From Dehalococcoidia bacterium (GTDB lineage Bacteria; Chloroflexota; Dehalococcoidia; Dehalococcoidales; JAUVZA01), in contig JAUVZA010000001.1 of assembly GCA_030602805.1 (NCBI GenBank), positions 2,426-66,425 of the forward strand: 64,000 bases of DNA. Direction: 5' to 3'. Position numbers and translations under genes: made by a program. The notes beneath the pieces are model-generated. The model was not told the DNA's origin and did not search any database. It saw only the letters and a program-made list of their open reading frames with translations. Below are positions 46,843 through 54,734 of the stretch, in pieces (position 1 is the stretch's first letter; the number at the start of each line of letters is the position of its first letter).

Positions 46843-46976
46843 TAAATCCTAATATCTAAATCCTAAATACTAAACAAATCCTAATTTTCAAATTTCAAAA
46901 CTGCTTAATCCTTTTGGATTTTGGTTATTTGATATTGTTTAGAGTTTAGAGATTAGTATTTAGTATTTTTTCACAA
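46843..46976. repeat. AT-rich palindromic MITE/IVS-like element, copy E1 (empty)
   Basis: The left arm AAATCCTAATATCTAAATCCTAAATACTAAACAAATCC and right arm TTGATATTGTTTAGAGTTTAGAGATTAGTATTTAGTATTT form an imperfect long inverted repeat. Confidence 0.6.
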
Positions 46977-47015
46977 AAGGACAGGTGCCCGATTTTATGC
47001 TTCCCGGACACCTGT
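46972..47015 (-). terminator. Intrinsic terminator downstream of the pilin genes
   Basis: On the minus strand the hairpin CAGGTGTCCGGG-loop-CGGGCACCTG is followed by TCCTTTTGTG. Confidence 0.55.
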
Positions 47016-47075
47016 TCTTCATACCTCCGCTTCCACCAAAACCCTGTTAAACCATCTTTATCATACTATGGATTA

Positions 47076-47543
47076 TTAATACCCGGTGCTTGCTTGGTCC
47101 ACCGTTCCAGAGGCATCAACAGTATAGGTGCCCTTGGTGGTGTCTGTAGCCAAATAGTTGACCAGTCCGGTTCCAAGACCATCGGCCATTATATCGTGCT
47201 GATAGAGTAGAAATCCATCCAGGTCACCAGCTGCGTATGCAACTCCATCGGGGTCATTTATCTTGTCAACAGTGATTGCCGAGGTCGCATCGGGGAAGGC
47301 ACCCATATCGCTAGTGGCTACGGCTATCGGATTGGGCAGTGAGCTCAACTGGTTATCAACCATCAGGGCAATCACGGCTGTCTGGACGTTGGCGAACTCA
47401 GTTTCTGCCGCCTCCTCCTCACCAGCGCCGATGAACCGTCCCACATTGGGGATGACCACGGCTGCCAGCACACCAAGGATGGCAACCACGATGAGCAACT
47501 CAATCAGGGTAAACCCCTTCTCCCCCCTTTTAGGTAATCTCAT
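47076..47543 (-). CDS. pilA: Type IV major pilin, copy 1
   Basis: 155 aa. Class III signal MRLPKRGEKG|FTLIELLIVVAILGVLAAVV. No Cys. Confidence 0.85.
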   Translation of the reverse strand: MRLPKRGEKGFTLIELLIVVAILGVLAAVVIPNVGRFIGAGEEEAAETEFANVQTAVIALMVDNQLSSLPNPIAVATSDMGAFPDATSAITVDKINDPDGVAYAAGDLDGFLLYQHDIMADGLGTGLVNYLATDTTKGTYTVDASGTVDQASTGY

Positions 47544-47600
47544 TTCCTAGCCTCCTTCTCACCTCACCCCATTTTATTGAGGTAAATATGCCACAGATTA

Positions 47601-48068
47601 TTAATACCCGGTGCTTACTTGGTCCACCGTTCCAAGTAAATCAACAGTATAGGTGCCCTTGGTGGTGTCTGTGGCCAAATAGTTGACCAGTCCGGTTCCA
47701 AGACCATCGGCCGTTATATCGTGCTGGTAGAGTATAAATCCATCCAGGTCACCAACTGCGTATGCAACTCCATCGGGGTCATTTAGCTTGTCAACAGTGA
47801 CTGCCGAGGTCGCATCGGGGAAGGCACCCATATCGCTAGTAGCTACAGCTACCGGATTGGGCAGTGAAGCCAGCTCGTTATCGGTCATCAGGGCAATCAC
47901 GGCTGTCTGGACGTTGCTGAACTCAGTGGCTGCCGCTTCCTCCTCACCGGCACCGATGAACCGCCCCACATTGGGGATGACCACGGCTGCCAGCACACCA
48001 AGGATGGCAACCACGATGAGCAGCTCAATCAGCGTAAACCCCTTCTCTCCTCTTTTTGGTAGTCTCAT
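47601..48068 (-). CDS. pilA: Type IV major pilin, copy 2 (tandem paralog)
   Basis: 155 aa, with the same leader. About 90% identical to copy 1. The duplicated unit spans 47071-47561 and 47596-48086. Confidence 0.85.
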   Translation of the reverse strand: MRLPKRGEKGFTLIELLIVVAILGVLAAVVIPNVGRFIGAGEEEAAATEFSNVQTAVIALMTDNELASLPNPVAVATSDMGAFPDATSAVTVDKLNDPDGVAYAVGDLDGFILYQHDITADGLGTGLVNYLATDTTKGTYTVDLLGTVDQVSTGY

Positions 48069-48150
48069 TTCCTAGCCTCCTTTCCTCCTTATTTTTGCTC
48101 CCTCCCTGAAAGAGAGAAAGCTAGCCCTTTCATTTAAGGCTACATATGAC

Positions 48151-48198
48151 AATATAAGGCATAGCGCTGCTGCTGGCAATCCTGCAAATGGGTGATTT
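48151..48198 (-). promoter_or_regulatory. Pilin promoter: the same 23-nt conserved box + TTGCCA-N17-TATATT
   Basis: The reverse complement of 48176-48198 is AAATCACCCATTTGCAGGATTGC. The -35 is at 48179-48174 and the -10 at 48156-48151. It lies about 80 nt upstream of ATG 48068. Confidence 0.55.
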
Positions 48199-48237
48199 TT
48201 GAGGGTGAAAGACTAGCTCTTTTAGGTGAGGGAGACT

Positions 48238-48832
48238 AAGTCGCTTCGCTCCAAATCCTAAATCCTAAGCACTAAATCACAAATAAATCCCAAATGTCAA
48301 AATCCAAATGACAATTGAAATCCAAATGCTTAAATGCCAAAACTACTTCTTCTTAGGCAAAAGAATAGAAGAAAATATCAAAGTAAGTTCTTGGGCTTCC
48401 CTCAGTAACTTTTGGCATTCATCTCGTCTATTGGGATTTGCTTTTGCAATCATTCTGAGCCAATGCTTTGTCTCTTTTGACTCTTTTTTGCAGATAGAAA
48501 TTTTATGTCGGAAATCTTTCTTGGATTCTGCTCCATCTGCTTCCATGTAGTTTGCCCCAATACTGGTTCCTGACCTTACTATTTGACTCATAAGTGAACT
48601 ATTGATAGGGTCTTTAGGGAGAGTTTTTACAAATTCGATAATAGCTTCACCGAATTGTGCTGTTCGTTCTTCAAGGTCATACTTCTTTTTGTCATTTGGA
48701 TTTTGGGCTTGATTTGACATTTGAGCCTTGTTATTTGGCATTGTTTGGAATTTTACCATTTGGTCATTTGATATTGTTTAGAGTTTAGAGATTAGTATTT
48801 AGTATTTCCCGGATTAGTATTTAGAATTTCCC
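48238..48832. repeat. Palindromic MITE/IVS-like element, copy E2, carrying the four-helix-bundle ORF
   Basis: The left arm (48238-48342) and right arm (about 48700-48832) are mutually complementary AT-rich low-complexity sequence. The termini are shared with E1, E3 and E4. Confidence 0.6.
48343..48759 (-). CDS. Four-helix-bundle protein (23S rRNA intervening-sequence protein family)
   Basis: 138 aa. SIGANYMEADGAESKKDFRHKISICKKESKETKHWLRMI is the hallmark of this family. The N-terminal QNPNDKK low-complexity stretch is encoded by the element arm. Confidence 0.8.
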   Translation of the reverse strand: MVKFQTMPNNKAQMSNQAQNPNDKKKYDLEERTAQFGEAIIEFVKTLPKDPINSSLMSQIVRSGTSIGANYMEADGAESKKDFRHKISICKKESKETKHWLRMIAKANPNRRDECQKLLREAQELTLIFSSILLPKKK

Positions 48833-49501
48833 CTATTCCTTGTATTGGGCAAGCCCTTTCTCAATGGCATAAGCCGCTGCCTGGCTTCGGTTGACCAGGT
48901 GCAGCTTTTCCATAATATTCCGCAGGTGGGTCTTTACCGTGTTCTCGGAAATAAACAGGGAATCAGCGATTTTCTTATTGCTCCCCCCTTGAGCCACCAG
49001 TTGCAGCACCTCTCCTTCTCGTGGGCTCAAGTCAGCATCGGTTCCCTGAATGGATTCTCTCTCCACCCCGGCGCTGAGGTCTTTGAACTCGGTGAGTAGC
49101 GTTGTTGCCATAAGAGGGGAGACTATCACTCCACCCTGGGCAATATGAAGAATGGCATGAATCAGCTCATCTGGCTCGGTATTTTTAAGAATGTAACCCC
49201 TGGCACCAAACTTCATGGCGGCGAAGAGGTCAGCCTCCTTGTCAGAGACGGTCAGGACGAGGACATTAACCTGGGGCATCTCTGTCTGGAGGGCTTGAAT
49301 GGCTTCTAATCCACTGCAGCGCGGCATATTTAGGTCCATCAAAACCACATCGGGGGCGATTTCCTTAGTCTTTTCTATTGCCTCCAGTCCGTCTAAGGCT
49401 TCCCCCACCACCTCTAGGTTTTCCTGGTTAGCCAATACAGCGGCGATGCCACGGCGAAACAAGGTATGGTCGTCCGCTACCAGTACTTTAATAGTGTCCA
49501 T
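48833..49501 (-). CDS. NarL/FixJ-family response regulator
   Basis: 222 aa. Canonical REC residues and the LuxR HTH LSPREGEVLQLVAQGGSNKKIADSLFISENTVKTHLRNIM. Confidence 0.9.
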   Translation of the reverse strand: MDTIKVLVADDHTLFRRGIAAVLANQENLEVVGEALDGLEAIEKTKEIAPDVVLMDLNMPRCSGLEAIQALQTEMPQVNVLVLTVSDKEADLFAAMKFGARGYILKNTEPDELIHAILHIAQGGVIVSPLMATTLLTEFKDLSAGVERESIQGTDADLSPREGEVLQLVAQGGSNKKIADSLFISENTVKTHLRNIMEKLHLVNRSQAAAYAIEKGLAQYKE

Positions 49502-49502
49502 T

Positions 49503-50678
49503 TCATAACCTCACTTTCTCAACGGGAAGGCTGACCCTTACTTCTGTCCCCTCCCCGGGGGCGGTAGAGATATTCAAGCTGCCGCCAAGCCCCTCTGCCC
49601 TTTCTTTTATGATGTTCAGTCCGTGGTAGCCGGGCGGGGATTTTTCAAGGTCGGAAAGGTTGAAGCCCTGCCCATTGTCCTTGACGAGCATCTCCACTGC
49701 CTGGCTGGTCTGCTCCAGTTTCACCTCTACCTCAGTAGCTAGGGCATGCCTTCTAACATTGGTCAGTGCCTCTTGGGCAATGCGCAGAAGCTGCAGCTCA
49801 GCGACAGGGGAAAGCTGGGGGAAGGCTCGGGAGACATTAAATTGAACCGGGATAGCATTATTATCGCCGAATTCCCTGGTATAGTTGGCCAGGGCGGGTA
49901 TTATGGGAAGGGTTCTTACCTCGGCACTTAATTGGTCAATGGATTCCCTGATGTCCTCATAGGTATCTTGCACTATCTGTCGAATGTCGCCAAGCTCGGT
50001 GAGCGCCTGCGCAGTGTTCTGGGAAGAGACTGAATCGCTTACTTGCTTTGTTTTTAGATTAAGGTAACCGAGTGACTGTGCCACCCCATCGTGTATTTCC
50101 CGGGCAATTCTTCGGCGCTCCTTAATAATAGCCTCCCTTTCTATACGCCGACGGATATTCAGGTTAGTGCGGTAAGGCACAATGGCAGCCACAAAGCTGA
50201 AAAGGGTATAGATTATCAGCAGGGTGAGATTATGTCCTTGCATAATCCAGGTAAATCTCTCACTAAACTGACCCAGAGCCAGGTGAGTAATGGAGAGGAA
50301 GATGGAGGCGGTAGCTGCCAGGGAAAGAGCCACCCTTTCCTCAAAAAGAAGGGCTGCCGTCATAATAGGGATAAGGGAATAGAGCAAGAAGGGGCTGTTA
50401 AGACCGTTGGTGTAGATAACCAGCAGGATGCAAAGCAAAAAGTCACCTATCAGAATTAGATAGGTCATCAGACTTCTCTCCCGCCAGCGGAGAGGAGAGA
50501 AGACTTTCAAGATGGTGTAGACGCCAAGCACACCCAGGATTATATAGAGTTGAATGAGAGGCATTGCTGGAGCACTTAGTCCTGGCACAACCTGCGTGAA
50601 CATCACCGCCAGGGCGTAAGCCAGAAAGCGGTAGGTCGCTAGAAACTGGTATGCCTCTCTTTCATATCTGGTCTGCAT
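49503..50678 (-). CDS. Sensor histidine kinase (5-6 TM, HisKA_3, HATPase_c)
   Basis: 391 aa. H-box RIAREIHDGVAQSL and a C-terminal ATPase with G-boxes. There is a 1-nt gap to the downstream regulator. Confidence 0.85.
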   Translation of the reverse strand: MQTRYEREAYQFLATYRFLAYALAVMFTQVVPGLSAPAMPLIQLYIILGVLGVYTILKVFSPLRWRERSLMTYLILIGDFLLCILLVIYTNGLNSPFLLYSLIPIMTAALLFEERVALSLAATASIFLSITHLALGQFSERFTWIMQGHNLTLLIIYTLFSFVAAIVPYRTNLNIRRRIEREAIIKERRRIAREIHDGVAQSLGYLNLKTKQVSDSVSSQNTAQALTELGDIRQIVQDTYEDIRESIDQLSAEVRTLPIIPALANYTREFGDNNAIPVQFNVSRAFPQLSPVAELQLLRIAQEALTNVRRHALATEVEVKLEQTSQAVEMLVKDNGQGFNLSDLEKSPPGYHGLNIIKERAEGLGGSLNISTAPGEGTEVRVSLPVEKVRL

Positions 50679-50756
50679 TTTTTTACCACTATTAAACTAA
50701 AGCATCTTATCTCTATATGTCAAGTAGACTAAAAACGAGTTGTTTATTAAGGGGAT

Positions 50757-50912
50757 TAAATCCTAAAGTCGCTTCGCTCCAAACCCTAATATCTAAATCC
50801 TAAATCCTAAACAAATTCTAATTTCTAAATTTCAAATTTAAAATCGTTTAGTTCCTTTGGATTTTAGACATTTGATATTGTTTAGAGATTAGAGATTAGT
50901 ATTTAGAATTTC
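50757..50912. repeat. AT-rich palindromic MITE/IVS-like element, copy E3 (empty)
   Basis: GGGGATTAAATCCTAAAGTCGCTTCGCTCC...TTTAGAGATTAGAGATTAGTATTTAGAATTTCGCC. It shares the GTCGCTTCGCTCC box with E2. Confidence 0.6.
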
Positions 50913-50923
50913 GCCATGAGCCA

Positions 50924-51757
50924 TTACAGATACCACTGCCAGATTGCCTGTCCCCAAAGCAGGGTAACCATAGCTGATGTAGCCAGGAAAGGGGCAAAGG
51001 GTATAGGGTCGCTGCGCTTCTTAATCTTGAAAGCAAGTAAAATGGCAGCCACCAGACCGCCGGTTATCACCCCTAGCAACAAGGCTATGGCTACTAAGGG
51101 ATAGCCGCTCATTAGTCCTACCAGTGCCCCTAGCTTGACATCCCCCATCCCCATCCCACGGCGATAGATGATAAAAGGCAGTGCCATAGCTGCCAGACCG
51201 AGAGCTCCTCCTGCCAGTGAGCTGACTACCTTGCCGAGGGCTTCTCCCGGTAGCGCACCTATCCCCTCAAGCCCCGGCCAGAAAAAAGAAAAGGCGAGGG
51301 CAAGTGCCATACCGGGGTAGATAACCTTGTCCAGGACCAGTTGGTTTTCCAGGTCAATAGCGAAGATGACGGTTAGCAAACTGGTGTAGACGAGAGATAT
51401 ACCCAGCTCCAGCCCAAGCCCGAATTTCCAGTAGAGTAAAGCAAACAGGAGACCGGTCACTCCTTCTACTATGGGGAGCCTGAGGGGTATGGGAGCTCGG
51501 CAATAGCGGCACCGACCACGCAGCCACAGATAGCTAAATATGGGGAGGAGGTCAAGAGTGCCCAGTTCACGGTTACAGGCAGCACAATGAGAACGAGGGT
51601 GAATTATAGATTGTCCCCGGGGCAACCTGTCTATACACACATTCAGAAAGCTGCCCACGAATAAACCCAGCAAGGCAAAAACCAACATCAATAATAAAGA
51701 CAACTTTTTATATTTTCCTATACTAAACTGGATTGTGTCAGAGCTATGATACCTCAA
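50924..51757 (-). CDS. pilD: Prepilin peptidase (A24 family)
   Basis: Zinc-binding motif CIDRLP...CAACNREL...CRYCRAPI, catalytic Asp context GMGDVKL, and multiple TM helices. The true start may be Met24 (51688). Confidence 0.85.
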   Translation of the reverse strand: MRYHSSDTIQFSIGKYKKLSLLLMLVFALLGLFVGSFLNVCIDRLPRGQSIIHPRSHCAACNRELGTLDLLPIFSYLWLRGRCRYCRAPIPLRLPIVEGVTGLLFALLYWKFGLGLELGISLVYTSLLTVIFAIDLENQLVLDKVIYPGMALALAFSFFWPGLEGIGALPGEALGKVVSSLAGGALGLAAMALPFIIYRRGMGMGDVKLGALVGLMSGYPLVAIALLLGVITGGLVAAILLAFKIKKRSDPIPFAPFLATSAMVTLLWGQAIWQWYL

Positions 51758-51821
51758 GGGAGTGAACTAAGCAACGCTCTGGTTACGAGGATGTGGGACT
51801 CCTGAATATTCAAAGGCGTAT

Positions 51822-52832
51822 TTAGCCTGCCCTAAGTATCTTCTCTTCCTCGGTGGGCTGGCGGCGGCTTCTGACGCACCCCGGCGGGAACTTAATTTCC
51901 TCGACCTCAGGTTTCACCTCTTCCGCCTTGGGTGCTCTCTGTTCCATAGTCTCCATTAGGTGAATCAGAACCTTATTCTGCTCAGCGGCACCCTTTTTAA
52001 GCTCCTGAGACGCCTCGCTTAAGCCCTGGATGGCACTGGTATGGCTCTTCAGGTGCTGGGCATACTCGGCTATGGCTGAGGCGAAGCTGTTTAGTGCTTG
52101 CTGTGTGCCTGCCATCCCCTTTTCAGAGGTCTCTATCCTCCGCTCCAGTATCCGGCTGCTACGCTGACTTGCTTCAATCACCGGGGCAAATATGCCCCTC
52201 TGCACCGTCTGCCTGCCCCGGCTAAGCTCATCAGCGTAGAGATAGAGGGCAAGGAGGGATAGACCTATGACTACAAAGATTAGCCCGTAGTCGCTCTGCA
52301 TAAACAGGAGGGGGAAGCCAAGGTAGGGGATTCGGTTACTCACCTGCCCCTTCAGGTCTTCGGCTCGCACCATAAACGGGTCTTCACCGCCGGCATTATC
52401 GCCTTGGGTGCGGAAGGTTACGCCTCTTTCTGAGGTATCTACCCTTACCACCCGGTGGGCAACTACTACCGGGTAGTTATAGGCTTCCCGGACCATAGGT
52501 GGAACAGTATAAACAATAACATCACCAACCTTGATGTCAGAGGGCGATACCTCTTCAATCAGGATTAGGTCACCTGGCTCATACTCCGGCTCCATACTGG
52601 TGCCGAAGATAGCCATAAACGGCATTACCCCTCTAATTGAGAGGAAGCCAACAGTAACTGCGGCTATTATCAGGGTAAGTGCCAGCGCTCGCTTCATACC
52701 TCTAATAGAAAGGAAGGCGGCAACATATCTCGCTATTATTGATATGAACCACAGCACTCCTTTCACTCCTCTAATGAAGGGAGAGCCAGTAACACGGGCT
52801 GCTATTAAGATGAATCTCAATGCTCGTTTCAT
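51822..52832 (-). CDS. SipW/Sec11-type (ER/archaeal-type, S26B) signal peptidase with a long C-terminal extension
   Basis: Catalytic motifs GTSMEP (Ser), VVAHRVV (His) and QGDNAGGEDP. A second TM helix and a coiled-coil tail of about 130 aa follow. The N-terminal MKRAL...FLSIRG segment is duplicated, so Met46 (52697) is an alternative start. Confidence 0.75.
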   Translation of the reverse strand: MKRALRFILIAARVTGSPFIRGVKGVLWFISIIARYVAAFLSIRGMKRALALTLIIAAVTVGFLSIRGVMPFMAIFGTSMEPEYEPGDLILIEEVSPSDIKVGDVIVYTVPPMVREAYNYPVVVAHRVVRVDTSERGVTFRTQGDNAGGEDPFMVRAEDLKGQVSNRIPYLGFPLLFMQSDYGLIFVVIGLSLLALYLYADELSRGRQTVQRGIFAPVIEASQRSSRILERRIETSEKGMAGTQQALNSFASAIAEYAQHLKSHTSAIQGLSEASQELKKGAAEQNKVLIHLMETMEQRAPKAEEVKPEVEEIKFPPGCVRSRRQPTEEEKILRAG

Positions 52833-52847
52833 TTTAGTCTCTTACCC

Positions 52848-54734
52848 TCACCTCTGCATAATCAGGCAGTAGAATTCCGGGGTTATCGTCCACCCCACCT
52901 CCCACTCCGATGTGTCCGTTGAAACCAGGCAATAGCTACCGCCGGCAACCTCCACCGTAAAAGATACAGCTTCGGCACTATAAGTTATGCTAACATCGCT
53001 CAATGTAGGCGTGTCACCGCCAGGACCGGAGAAGTATGCCTTGTATTGAATCCAGCGGTCGCCATCATGAACTGAGTTGATGTTGGTGCCGCTGGTGGTG
53101 TAGTAATCACCGGTCCCGGTAGGTCCATACCAGGTAGCGGCACTAAGCCCGCCTTCAGTCGCTGCCGTCCTTATCTGAAACTGGATATTTGTTGCTGACG
53201 GCTCATCTATGGTAAAGGAGATAATGCCCCAATCGGCATCATGCCCACTGTCATAGGTTGACGAGGTCAGGTCACCTGATGCATAGTATGTTGAAAAATT
53301 CACACTTATCTCATCCAGAACTGGTGTGTCGGTTCCGTCAGAGGTGAATTCCATTTTATAATAAAAGTTGTCTCCAGACCAGCCCAAGCCAGACAGGTCA
53401 ATTGAGTGCGAGCCTTCAGATAGCGTATCCCATTGGTCAGAATTACCGGAAGAATCATACCAGGTTGAACTATCTTGTGAAAATTGAACCTTTAAGCCGG
53501 TTCCTGAAGGAATAGCTGAGGCGTTGTAGCCAAAGCTGTCTATGCTTACCACTGTCTCGCCGGATAATAGATTAACCGAGGTAAGCGTTCCTGGCGAATC
53601 GTAAGCACTATAATTAACCTCAGCATATACCTGTGTGACCCGTGTGTATTTGCCTGCCTGTGATGCCCTAAGGCCAACACCAATTTGTAGGGCATCTATT
53701 TCAGCCCAGGTCCATGGTTGACCCGTTTGCGGGTTGTTATCCCATTGATAGTAATAAGGAGCATAACTAGTAGTAACTTCTATCCCAACGGGAGGATAAG
53801 GAGCAGTGTATTCCACGCTGTTGGTCTTGATGTGAAGGTAGAGACCATCCTGCTTTATCTTCTCTCCCTTAGCCACCGCATAGACCCTAATATAATTAAT
53901 ACTGCCGGAGCCGGTGGAGTGGTCAGCGATATTGTATAAATCCTCCTGCCAGTCCCACCAATCGGTGGCAATATAAGTGGCATCGTCATCATGGGGCGTC
54001 TCGTCGTCTACCTTATCCCAATGTTCTCCCCCAATTGGTACCTGCTCTGCGACCTCAGCCTCGTCGCCAGCGTCGTTTGGTCTCAGGGTTTCTGTTGCAC
54101 CGGCGCCGCCAGCGGTAAGTTTGACCTGACCGCCATCAACAACAAGATTAGTCTTGGCAGCAATCAAATTTTCATTGTCAAAGCTGTCAGTTACCGTATC
54201 AGAAAAGGTGTCAAGTATCACATCCCCCGGGCTGATGACATCAACCTGGTTTAAGGTGCCGCCCTGGAAATCAGACTGACTTGTTTGAATCCAGGTACCT
54301 TCGATACCGGCGATGTCCTGTATATTAAAGGTAGCCTCTCCATTTTGTAGGGTGAGCAGCTGATAGTTGGGCGTCTCTCCCGCCTCCACCGAGCCGTCCA
54401 GGTATAGCTTCATATTGAGATAATCATATGCCTTAACTAAGTCACCGGTATTAGTCAGGAAAACCTTTACCGCCAAGTCCCCAGTGTATAGGGAATTCGG
54501 GGTTATATCAAACAGGCCGTCGCTAGGCACTTCACCCATGAGTGGCGGGTCTTCGGGAGGCGTCAGGATAGAATTCCAATTAGGCTGAGTGGCAGACGGC
54601 GCAGTGGTGGCTATTGCCTCCTCAGCTACAACATCCATTGTTGCCGTAGTTGTGGTGTAGGCAAAGGCATATAAGCCACCGGTAACTACCAGGGCTAGCA
54701 CTAAACCTATTATTAACTGCCACTTCCTTTTCAT
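52848..54734 (-). CDS. Large secreted protein with a SipW-cognate-type signal peptide (fibre-subunit paralog 3)
   Basis: Start at Met22 (ATG 54734, forming a TAATG overlap with the upstream stop). Signal peptide MKRKWQLIIGLVLALVVTGGLYAFAYTTT. It shares the LFDITP...TGDLAVKV.LTNTGDLVKAY core and the C-terminal TSEWE.GWT.TPEFYC.I.QR motif with the 349-aa paralog. Confidence 0.6.
   Translation of the reverse strand: MKRKWQLIIGLVLALVVTGGLYAFAYTTTTATMDVVAEEAIATTAPSATQPNWNSILTPPEDPPLMGEVPSDGLFDITPNSLYTGDLAVKVFLTNTGDLVKAYDYLNMKLYLDGSVEAGETPNYQLLTLQNGEATFNIQDIAGIEGTWIQTSQSDFQGGTLNQVDVISPGDVILDTFSDTVTDSFDNENLIAAKTNLVVDGGQVKLTAGGAGATETLRPNDAGDEAEVAEQVPIGGEHWDKVDDETPHDDDATYIATDWWDWQEDLYNIADHSTGSGSINYIRVYAVAKGEKIKQDGLYLHIKTNSVEYTAPYPPVGIEVTTSYAPYYYQWDNNPQTGQPWTWAEIDALQIGVGLRASQAGKYTRVTQVYAEVNYSAYDSPGTLTSVNLLSGETVVSIDSFGYNASAIPSGTGLKVQFSQDSSTWYDSSGNSDQWDTLSEGSHSIDLSGLGWSGDNFYYKMEFTSDGTDTPVLDEISVNFSTYYASGDLTSSTYDSGHDADWGIISFTIDEPSATNIQFQIRTAATEGGLSAATWYGPTGTGDYYTTSGTNINSVHDGDRWIQYKAYFSGPGGDTPTLSDVSITYSAEAVSFTVEVAGGSYCLVSTDTSEWEVGWTITPEFYCLIMQR

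Noticed and set aside
46840-50915. Possible CRISPR array suggested by the recurring AAATCCTAAAT-type short repeats
   Set aside because: The repeats are degenerate and low-complexity, they form inverted arms, and they lack regularly spaced unique spacers. No cas genes are present. They are interpreted as MITE/IVS-like palindromic elements instead.
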